Shown piece after piece: positions 5,896 through 13,204 of a stretch of 13,204 nt of DNA. The stretch covers positions 1 to 13,204 of the forward strand of contig CAZEBC010000113.1 of assembly GCA_964510165.1 (NCBI GenBank), read 5' to 3'. Both the position numbers and the translations under genes were made by a program. Each line of letters begins with the position of its first letter. Position 1 is the first letter of the stretch. The notes beneath the pieces were generated by a model that was not told the DNA's origin, did no database searches, and was given only the letters and a program-made list of their open reading frames with translations. Source of the DNA: an uncultured bacterium (lineage in GTDB: Bacteria; Abyssobacteria; SURF-5).

Positions 5896-7299
5896 TTATC
5901 TTCGGCTCGGCGCACGGCCGCTCGGCGCACGGCCGCGAGTCCCCGGGCCACGGTCAGGGATACCGTACTTCACCATCATCCTGTAGAGCTTGGGACGGCT
6001 GACTCCCAACGTTTCGGCGGCTTTCGTCTTATTTCCGTCGTTACTCTCCAGAACGAGGTGAATGTGTCGTTTCTCGATCTCGCTGAGCGACAGCGATGAA
6101 AGCGGCGGGGAATCATCTCCGGATTGCATGCTGTTGAGGGTAGGGATTTCGCGGAGGGTGATGAGGCTGTTGTTGGCCAGGATTATGGCTCGCTCGATGA
6201 CATTGGATAGCTCGCGCACGTTTCCGGGCCAGTCGTATTCGGAGAATGCCTCGAGCACTTCAGAGGTCACCCGGATCTTGTCGGCATTGGGATGGCGCGA
6301 GGAGCGGATGAAGTGTTCGACGAGGAGCGGGATGTCGCTCTTCCTGTTGCGCAGGGGAGGAAGGGAGATCGTCATGACGTTGATGCGGTAGTAAAGGTCC
6401 TCCCGGAAGGCGCCCTTGGCGATTTCCTCGCGCAGTTTCTTGTTGGTTGCGCAGATGACGCGCACGTCCACCTCCAGCTCCTTGATATCTCCCACCCGCC
6501 GAAACCTGCCCGTCTCAAGAACGCGGAGCAGTTTAACCTGCATGCCGGGACTCATCTCGCTGATCTCGTCAATGAACAGAGTGCCGGAATCGGCGATCTC
6601 AAACAGGCCGCTCTTGCGTTTCACCGCTCCCGTGAATGCGCCCTTTTCGTGTCCGAACAGTTCACTCTCGAGCAGCGTTTCCGGCATGGCGCCGCAATTT
6701 ATGACAACGAAAGGATCGTTGCATCTGGAGCTTGCCTGATGGATGGAATTGGCGACGATTTCCTTTCCGGTCCCGCTTTCGCCCTCGATCAGCACGGTCG
6801 AGTCGGTCGGCGCCACCTTGCTAATAAGGGCCTTGACATGCTGCATGGAGGAGCTTTCGCCCACAAGGTTAACCGCGCGAGCCCTGAGCTGCAGCTCATG
6901 ATGGCGGTTCACCTTTTCGGCGAGCTTCTTCTTCTCGTAGGCCTTCTGAACGACCGCCTGCAGTTCCGAGAGCTGACACGGTTTGGTGAGAAAGTCGTAT
7001 GCCCCGAGCTTCATCGCTTCGATGGCGACATCGACCGTGGCCTGACCAGTGAGGAATATGACCTCGGTGTGGGGCTGATACTCCCTTGTCTTCTTGAATA
7101 GCTCGATGCCATCCATGCCCGGCATGCGCAGGTCGAGGATCCCCACATCGAAAGGCTCAGACTTGATCTTCACAAGCGCCTCTTCACCGGTAGCGGCAAG
7201 CGCGACATGGTCGCCGACCATGCTGAAGCGCTCGCTCAAGAGATTGCGGTAGGCTTCCTCGTCGTCAACTATAAGCAGTCGAATCGGCCTCTTCTTCAT
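5896..7299 (-). CDS. NtrC/AtoC-family sigma54-dependent response regulator (REC-AAA+-Fis HTH), 467 aa
   Basis: REC (IVDDE, ILDLRMP, FLTKP), Walker [24 protein letters not shown], Walker [49 protein letters not shown] overlap with the upstream kinase. Confidence 0.97.
   Translation of the reverse strand: MKKRPIRLLIVDDEEAYRNLLSERFSMVGDHVALAATGEEALVKIKSEPFDVGILDLRMPGMDGIELFKKTREYQPHTEVIFLTGQATVDVAIEAMKLGAYDFLTKPCQLSELQAVVQKAYEKKKLAEKVNRHHELQLRARAVNLVGESSSMQHVKALISKVAPTDSTVLIEGESGTGKEIVANSIHQASSRCNDPFVVINCGAMPETLLESELFGHEKGAFTGAVKRKSGLFEIADSGTLFIDEISEMSPGMQVKLLRVLETGRFRRVGDIKELEVDVRVICATNKKLREEIAKGAFREDLYYRINVMTISLPPLRNRKSDIPLLVEHFIRSSRHPNADKIRVTSEVLEAFSEYDWPGNVRELSNVIERAIILANNSLITLREIPTLNSMQSGDDSPPLSSLSLSEIEKRHIHLVLESNDGNKTKAAETLGVSRPKLYRMMVKYGIPDRGPGTRGRAPSGRAPSRR
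5905..5936. repeat. perfect 15-bp tandem duplication in the C-terminal tail of the NtrC-family gene
   Basis: GCTCGGCGCACGGCC twice (5905-5919, 5920-5934) plus GC, encoding [10 protein letters not shown]. Confidence 0.85.
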
Positions 7300-8819
7300 A
7301 TCGGCTCTCGTGTAACGGGGAGGCGGACCGTAAAGGTTGACCCGGCGCCCGGTTTGCTCACAACGGAGATGGTTCCGTTCATCCGCTGCACAATGCCGAA
7401 GCAGATGGAAAGCCCCAGGCCCGTTCCCCTGCCAATGGGTTTGGTGGTGAAGAACGGATCGAATATCTTCTTGAGGTTGTCCTCGGAGATTCCAACGCCG
7501 TCATCGGCGACCTCGATGACAACCGTATCGCCCTGCGCCCTGATCCTGACCTTGATCGTTCCATTCCTCTCGACCGCGTCAAGCGCGTTATTAACAAGGT
7601 TGAGAAACACCTGCTCCAACTGATGAGGGTCGGCGGTCAGACACGGCACTCCCTCGGCCACCTCCGTGACAATCGTCTTCCGTTCGGCAAGGGCGCGGTT
7701 CTCAACCAGAGCGATCGTCTCCTCGACCAGCTTGGGGAGGTTTACGCGTGACTCGTGTATCTCGCTCCGTCTCGCGAAATTCAGCAGCCCCTGCGTAATC
7801 TTCTTGCAGCGGAGCGCCTGTTCCCTGATTGTCTCGATATGTTTCGACAGCCGCTTTGCTATCTCCTCCGGGCTCTCGTGACTGTTCTCGACCAGGAACT
7901 GGAGCTGCTCGGCAGTTCCGCTGATAATGCCAACGGGGTTGTTTATCTCGTGGGCCACCCCGGCGGCCAGTTCCCCAATGGCCGCCATCTTGCTCGCCTG
8001 CAGCAGTTGCGCCTCCATCTGCTTTCGCTCGGTTATGTCGCGCGCAATCCCGAGCACGCCCACAACGGCCGCTTCCCTCCGGATAGGCGTAATGTTGATG
8101 AGCACATTGACAACTCTGCCGTCAATGCCGAGTATCGCCGATTCAAAGCGCTGCGGATTCCCCTTGAGCGCTTCCTGAAAATGTCGCTCGTTCTTGGCGA
8201 GGTCGCGTTTGACCACGTACCCCGAATAATGCGCGCGTTCAGAGGGAATGAATCGGTAGCCGGTGGTTTCTTGCCCCAATTTATTCAGAAAGGTGATGTA
8301 TCCGTTCGTATCGAGTATGTAGATAATGTCGTTCGCATTGTCGATGAGACTTTGAAGGTATTCCTCCGTCTGGGCGACCTGCGACTCGAGCGCGCGCTTC
8401 TCGGTGATATCGTTTGCGAGGGCGATTACTCCCTTGACGTGCCTGCCCTCAAGTATGGGTATGCCGGTGAGGTTGAACACGATATCGTTGCCGAAACGGT
8501 CTTTGCGCTTCAGGTTCGCGCGAGAGCGGATATCACGCTCCTTCATGACCTCGCAGAACGCCTTCGCGATCCCCATCTCCGCAAGGTCAGGATTAAGCTC
8601 AAAGATGTTGTGCCCGACCAGTTCGTCTGGTTCGAACTGGTAATGATCGAGTATATATTTGTTGACGCGCAGGATGGTGCCCTTCACGTCGAGCACATAC
8701 ACGCCCACGTCTATGCAGTCGATCACCGCGGCAAACAGCTCACCAATGCTATTGCTAGAGTTCAAGGGCAACATCGCCCGCCGCCGCGCGGTCACTCTTG
8801 ATTTCGACGGTTTCGACAT
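7296..8819 (-). CDS. cytoplasmic PAS-PAS sensor histidine kinase (NtrB-like), about 507 aa
   Basis: Two PAS/PAC repeats ending DITEK and DITERK, H-box AGVAHEINNP, N-box QVFLNLVNNA, DDGVG, FDPFFTTK, GTGLGL. Start placed at ATG 8819 just after the upstream stop; the exact start is uncertain. Confidence 0.93.
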   Translation of the reverse strand: MSKPSKSRVTARRRAMLPLNSSNSIGELFAAVIDCIDVGVYVLDVKGTILRVNKYILDHYQFEPDELVGHNIFELNPDLAEMGIAKAFCEVMKERDIRSRANLKRKDRFGNDIVFNLTGIPILEGRHVKGVIALANDITEKRALESQVAQTEEYLQSLIDNANDIIYILDTNGYITFLNKLGQETTGYRFIPSERAHYSGYVVKRDLAKNERHFQEALKGNPQRFESAILGIDGRVVNVLINITPIRREAAVVGVLGIARDITERKQMEAQLLQASKMAAIGELAAGVAHEINNPVGIISGTAEQLQFLVENSHESPEEIAKRLSKHIETIREQALRCKKITQGLLNFARRSEIHESRVNLPKLVEETIALVENRALAERKTIVTEVAEGVPCLTADPHQLEQVFLNLVNNALDAVERNGTIKVRIRAQGDTVVIEVADDGVGISEDNLKKIFDPFFTTKPIGRGTGLGLSICFGIVQRMNGTISVVSKPGAGSTFTVRLPVTREPI

Positions 8820-8832
8820 CTTCAGGCTCTCT

Positions 8833-10068
8833 TCACAGCAGGGCGGACTCTTGGTGAAACGGCCCGGGGTCCTTGCGCCTATCGATAGGAAGGGTGAAGA
8901 AAAAGCGCGAGCCTTTCCCCTTCTCGCTTTCGGCCCATATCTCGCCCCCATGCATAAGCACCAGTTTCTTGGCGATGGCCAGACCCAGCCCGCTGCCGGC
9001 ATACGGGGGCGCGGCGGGATCAGCCACTTTGTAAAACTCCGTGAATACCCTGGTGCAGTCTTCCGATGGGAATCCGATGCCCGTGTCGGCCACGCATATC
9101 CGTACCTTGCCGTCGCATTTCACAGCGGTCACATCAATGCGGCCGCCGGGCAAGGTGAATCTGATCGCGTTTGAGAGCAGGTTCTCTACGATGACGGCCA
9201 GCTTCTGGGGGTCGGCATATATCCGACCGGCCTCGGGGGCCACCTCAACGGATATCCGAATCTTTTTCCGCGCCGCTTCCGGCTCGAACAAGCCCGCCGT
9301 CGAGCAGAGGGCCTCCTTCAGAGAAAAATCTGTCATCTCCAAGGGCATCTTGCCGGTGTCTATCTTGAAGACGTCCATGATATTGGCTATGAGCTTTTGG
9401 AGTTCGGCGCCGCTGGCGAGAATGTTGCTGACGTACTTCGCCTGCTTCTCGTTGAGCTTACCCACCAGTTCGTCTTGCATCATCTCGGAAAAACCGATGA
9501 TGACATTGAGCGGAGTGCGCAGCGCATGGCTCATGTTCGCAATGAATTCGTACTTCATGTGGCTGGCTTGCATGAGCTGCGAGGACATGGACTTGAGAAC
9601 CCGCTGCTGAAGCTCGATCTTCTCGGAGGATCGCCTCGCGGTCTGCGACTCACGGGCAAGCTCATCGTAAAGATGCTTTGTCCTCAGCATCGACTTGACT
9701 CTCGTAATCAACTCGGACTTGTCAACGGGCCTGCTCAGAAAATCGTCGGCGCCGACGGCTATCCCCTTCACACGGCTCTCCATATCCTGCAGCGCCGTCA
9801 CCATGATCACGGGGATCGCCCGCGTTTCGGGCCTGCCCTTGATCAGCTTGCACACCTCGAACCCGCTCTTCTTCGGAATCATGATATCGAGCAGGACGAG
9901 GTCCGGCTTGTTGCGGACCACCATCTCGAGCGCCTCCTCGCCGTCGAGGGCCGATTCTATCGCATACCCCTCGCCGTGAAGCTGCGCGGTCAAGAGCTCA
10001 ATGTTGACCGGATCATCCTCGACAATCAAGATGCGGGACCGGGATGGCGGCGCCTTGTCACTGGACAT
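8833..10068 (-). CDS. REC-HisKA-HATPase hybrid kinase with atypical H-box (HALRTP), 411 aa
   Basis: PleD-like N-terminal REC (IVEDD, LLDIMIP, IPVIMVTA), ANMSHALRTPLNVIIGFSE, NLLSNA, DTGIG, GSGLGL. Confidence 0.93.
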   Translation of the reverse strand: MSSDKAPPSRSRILIVEDDPVNIELLTAQLHGEGYAIESALDGEEALEMVVRNKPDLVLLDIMIPKKSGFEVCKLIKGRPETRAIPVIMVTALQDMESRVKGIAVGADDFLSRPVDKSELITRVKSMLRTKHLYDELARESQTARRSSEKIELQQRVLKSMSSQLMQASHMKYEFIANMSHALRTPLNVIIGFSEMMQDELVGKLNEKQAKYVSNILASGAELQKLIANIMDVFKIDTGKMPLEMTDFSLKEALCSTAGLFEPEAARKKIRISVEVAPEAGRIYADPQKLAVIVENLLSNAIRFTLPGGRIDVTAVKCDGKVRICVADTGIGFPSEDCTRVFTEFYKVADPAAPPYAGSGLGLAIAKKLVLMHGGEIWAESEKGKGSRFFFTLPIDRRKDPGPFHQESALL

Positions 10069-10075
10069 GTGCGGT

Positions 10076-10459
10076 TCAACCTTTCTTCGTCTTGGCGATG
10101 AATTTCCCGACAGTCCGCGAAAACTCTCGCGTGTCTATCGGCTTGGATATATAGCCCGTGCAGCCGTGGCTCAGGATTCGTTCCTCGTCACCCTTCATCG
10201 CATGCGCGGTCAGAGCGATGACCGGGATATCCATGGTCTCCGGATTCTCCTTAAGCTTTTTCGTGACCGCTAGTCCGTCCATCCCCGGAAGTTGGACGTC
10301 CATGAGAACCAAGTCCGGATGCTCTCGCACACAGATGTCGAGAGCCTCCTGGCCCGTGGTCGCCGAAAGGACCTCGTAGCCTTGCAGTTTCAGCAGGTCG
10401 ACCGCCAACTCCATGTTCATTGCGTTGTCTTCGACGACGAGGATGCGGGAAGTGACCAT
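10076..10459 (-). CDS. single-domain response regulator, DivK-like, 127 aa
   Basis: ILVVEDNAMNMEL, LMDVQLP, IPVIALTAHAMKGDEERI..GC.GYISKPI, typical of the DivK subfamily. Preceded by GAGG within the upstream gene's 3' end. Confidence 0.93.
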   Translation of the reverse strand: MVTSRILVVEDNAMNMELAVDLLKLQGYEVLSATTGQEALDICVREHPDLVLMDVQLPGMDGLAVTKKLKENPETMDIPVIALTAHAMKGDEERILSHGCTGYISKPIDTREFSRTVGKFIAKTKKG

Positions 10460-10460
10460 C

Positions 10461-12965
10461 TTATACCTCTTCCTTTCTTGTCCTGACGAGACGTTCGACG
10501 CGCTTGACCTCGTCGAGGAAATCGTCCTTTCCGTATTGTCCTTTCTTCGCGATCGCCTCTATCTTGCCATTTAGGGATTGTTTCTCCTGTTCCGTCAGGT
10601 CCTTCGCGGTAACGATGATTATCGGGATGTCCTTGGTGCCGGCCTCCATCTTCAGAAATTCGACCACCTCGAAACCGCTCATGTCGGGCAGGATCAAATC
10701 GAGAAATATCAGGTCCGGCTTTCGCCGCGATGCGTGCTCGATCGCCTGCAGACCGGTATATGCCCTGTCAATAACGAAGGATTGGCCGTCGAGCATCGAG
10801 GCCAATAGGTCAACGAATTTCTCGTCGTCATCCACCACCAACACATTCGCTATTTGGCCGTGAACCGTCGTCTCGCGCAGACGCTCCAGCCGACTCAGCA
10901 ATTCACGGCCCGAGACGGGCTTCACTATATAGTCGGCCGCGCCCATGCTGAACCCCGTTTCTTCATCTTGCAGAACCGAAGTGATTATTACGGGGATGTC
11001 CCGTGTCGTTCCCGATGACTTCAACTCCTGAAGTATCTTCCATCCATCAATATCCGGCAGAATAATGTCCAGAGCGATGATCGCCGGATGCGCCGACTTG
11101 GCCATCTTCAGAGCCTCTTCTCCGGTCCTCGCATGGACCACATTGTAGCCCGCACCTTCCAGATAGGTGGATATCAGTTCGAAGGAGTGAGGGTCATCTT
11201 CGACAACCAGGATCGTTTCCTTGATTTCCTGCCCCCCGGCCTTGCCCAAAACCGCTCCATTGTCCGCAGCTATGGCCGGCTTGCGTTGTTCGGTTATGTC
11301 CTTGTCTGTCAAGGGGATGGTGAAGTAAAAGGCGGCGCCCTTCCCCTTCTCGCTCTCGATCCAGATCGAGCCGTGATGCAGCTCCACAAGCTTCTTGGTG
11401 AGAGCCAGGCCGAGGCCTGTCCCCTCATACTGGCGAGAATAGGAGCCGTCCACCTGCTGGAATTCCTGGAATATGCGCTCGTGGTCCGCCTTGTCCACCC
11501 CGATTCCCGTGTCCCTCACACAGAACTCGGCGTACCGCTTCAGAACCACCTGGTCGCCGTCCGCAATCTCGAAGTCGCCGATGATATCGGTCGTTACCTC
11601 GACCCAGCCTCCAGCGGGCGTGAACTTTATCGCATTGCTGAGGAGGTTGTAGAATATCTGCTTGAATTTCTTGGGGTCCGCCGTCACCGTCACGAGTTTC
11701 GGAGAGAATCGCTCCCGAACCGCTATCTCCTTCTTGGCCGCCAGCCCGCGCGCAAAGTTGGCGATCTCCGCGAGCACTCCCCTCACCGGGAAGGTCTCGA
11801 CATTGACCGACATCTTCCCCGATTCGACCTTTGCCAGGTCAAGGATTTCGTTGATGAGCTGCAAGAGATGTTTACCGCTGACCACCACATTTTGGGCGTA
11901 CTTGATCTGCTTTTCGTTCAGACCTCCAAAGGATTGGTCGCACAGGATTTCCGAAAAGCCGATGATCGCGTTGAGCGGCGTCCGAAGCTCGTGACTCATG
12001 TTCGCCAGAAATTCCGATTTCAGCTTGCTGACCGCCTCGATCTGTTGATTGGTCCGCTGGAGTTCCTCGTTCATGAGGCGCAGCGCCTTCGTGCGTTCCT
12101 CCACCTTCTGTTCGAGGGTCCGGCTGTAATCCTCCAGTTCGGTCCGATATCGCTTCAAGTCCCTGGTCATCTTGTTAAACGACGCACCCAAATCGCCAAT
12201 CTCATCGTTTGTGTTGATGGAAACCAGATGGTCCAGATTTCCGCTGGCCACCCGTTCTGTCGCGTTCACAAGCTGCTGAACCGGATTGACAATGACGCGC
12301 ACCAGAAACACAGTGACGCCAATGGCGAGCAACACCACCATCACGGTCACGGTCAAGATGGTACGGCGCGCTTGATGGATTTCCTCGTTCATCGAATCCA
12401 GCGAGATGCCAACGCGCGCAACGCCGATCCTCTCGGGAACACCCTCCGCCCGCCCCTGCTCGCCCACCGCGAAGATGACCTCCTCCCCCGACAAGAACGG
12501 GGTTCGCTGCGTCATGATGGGAGCCGCGACATCAAACACGGGCGTCCTGGTTTCGTCCCTGGTGTACGAGCGGATATCGAGTGAGGTGACATTGCGGGCC
12601 CACTCGTTCATTTCGTAAGCGGCCGCCGGAGATATGCCTTCTATGTGGTGAGGAAGCTTGGGAGTGCGCGCAAGGATTTCGCCTCGATTGTTATAAATAA
12701 TGCAGTAGGCGACGTCTTTTTCCTTGCTGAGGCCGGCGATGATGCTGTCAAACATGGACGTATTGCCGGTCAGCACGCCATATTCGCTCGCAGAGGCGAC
12801 GTTCCGCCCGAGAACCGCTCCCTTTTCCTTGAGATGTGCGGATATCTCTTGCACCTGCTGCCGCACAAGGAACCACCCGAGCACGGCAGCCGTGATGATC
12901 ACTATGAACGATATGTAGGCGGTTATCTTGAAACGAAGCCCCAGTTTGAGCCTGGGTGGGCGCAT
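10461..12965 (-). CDS. membrane hybrid sensor kinase (TM-extracytoplasmic domain-TM-HAMP-HisKA-HATPase-REC-REC), about 834 aa
   Basis: Two hydrophobic helices, HAMP (DEIGDLGASFNKM), KSEFLANMSHELRTPLNAIIGFSE, NLLSNAIKFT, DTGIG, GTGLGL, two C-terminal REC domains. GGAG RBS at 12980-12977 supports a start at ATG 12965 or TTG 12968. Confidence 0.95.
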   Translation of the reverse strand: MRPPRLKLGLRFKITAYISFIVIITAAVLGWFLVRQQVQEISAHLKEKGAVLGRNVASASEYGVLTGNTSMFDSIIAGLSKEKDVAYCIIYNNRGEILARTPKLPHHIEGISPAAAYEMNEWARNVTSLDIRSYTRDETRTPVFDVAAPIMTQRTPFLSGEEVIFAVGEQGRAEGVPERIGVARVGISLDSMNEEIHQARRTILTVTVMVVLLAIGVTVFLVRVIVNPVQQLVNATERVASGNLDHLVSINTNDEIGDLGASFNKMTRDLKRYRTELEDYSRTLEQKVEERTKALRLMNEELQRTNQQIEAVSKLKSEFLANMSHELRTPLNAIIGFSEILCDQSFGGLNEKQIKYAQNVVVSGKHLLQLINEILDLAKVESGKMSVNVETFPVRGVLAEIANFARGLAAKKEIAVRERFSPKLVTVTADPKKFKQIFYNLLSNAIKFTPAGGWVEVTTDIIGDFEIADGDQVVLKRYAEFCVRDTGIGVDKADHERIFQEFQQVDGSYSRQYEGTGLGLALTKKLVELHHGSIWIESEKGKGAAFYFTIPLTDKDITEQRKPAIAADNGAVLGKAGGQEIKETILVVEDDPHSFELISTYLEGAGYNVVHARTGEEALKMAKSAHPAIIALDIILPDIDGWKILQELKSSGTTRDIPVIITSVLQDEETGFSMGAADYIVKPVSGRELLSRLERLRETTVHGQIANVLVVDDDEKFVDLLASMLDGQSFVIDRAYTGLQAIEHASRRKPDLIFLDLILPDMSGFEVVEFLKMEAGTKDIPIIIVTAKDLTEQEKQSLNGKIEAIAKKGQYGKDDFLDEVKRVERLVRTRKEEV

Positions 12966-13013
12966 CAAACAGTCAACTCCCTCCGCATCCATCGCCACTT
13001 TGGTAGCACAATT

Positions 13014-13042
13014 ATTATACCACGAAACACTATCGCGTTCAA
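13014..13042 (-). promoter_or_regulatory. sigma70 promoter of the signalling operon
   Basis: Minus strand TTGAAC (13042-13037), 17-bp spacer ending TGG, TATAAT (13019-13014). Confidence 0.7.
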
Positions 13043-13106
13043 CCGAAGATTCCGGCAAAAAGCGAGCGTTCTCAACACCCGGAACACCGCCAAAACACAC
13101 GTACGA

Positions 13107-13204
13107 TTATGCGCCCACCTGAAGCCTCTCAGCCAGGAACTGGGGCAGGCCCGCTTTGATGACGGCGCTCATCGCGGCCTGAATATCATAATCCACGCGA
13201 ATGA
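13107..13204 (-). CDS. 3' end of a probable metallophosphoesterase-family protein (partial, runs off the window)
   Basis: Hand translation IRVDYDIQAAMSAVIKAGLPQFLAERLQVGA*, matching the RV.YD...GLP..LA.RL..G C-terminus typical of this family. Confidence 0.7.
   Translation of the reverse strand, partial: IRVDYDIQAAMSAVIKAGLPQFLAERLQVGA

Noticed and set aside
186-5900. Integrative element or genomic island at the tRNA 3' end, or a CRISPR array in the intergenic regions
   Set aside because: No integrase or transposase, no duplicated tRNA 3' end seen in the window, and no regularly spaced repeat-spacer units
8820-9002. N-terminal extension of the PAS kinase to 9002, and likewise 12966-13100 and 1342-1416 for other genes
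   Set aside because: They overlap the upstream gene or predicted promoters; downstream starts fit RBS position and operon packing better
6292-12584. Long plus-strand ORFs (6292-7101, 7755-8801, 9397-10101, 11088-12584 and others)
   Set aside because: Antisense shadows of well-supported minus-strand genes, typical of GC-rich DNA, with no motifs

Overview
GC-rich bacterial chromosomal window with three parts. (1) An initiator tRNA-fMet followed by a sugar/cyclitol catabolic group: an IolN-like creatininase-family hydrolase, a divergent Gfo/Idh/MocA oxidoreductase, a SIS-domain protein and a BadF-family sugar kinase. (2) An orphan coiled-coil ORF behind a perfect sigma70 promoter. (3) A five-gene minus-strand signalling operon: HAMP hybrid kinase with two REC domains, a DivK-like single-domain regulator, a REC-kinase with an atypical H-A-L-R-T-P H-box, a PAS-PAS kinase and an NtrC-family sigma54 activator. 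The most notable element is in the intergenic region directly downstream of the sigma54 activator. It holds a near-consensus sigma54 promoter (TTGGCACATGGCTTGCT, 5531-5515, minus strand), candidate palindromic enhancer sites upstream, and about 290 nt that fold into a long multi-stem hairpin ending in a stem plus U-tract. This looks like an unannotated sigma54-dependent structured small RNA that could be the output of the cascade. The window ends in the 3' end of a probable metallophosphoesterase gene. All family assignments come from motif recognition by eye, not from database searches.
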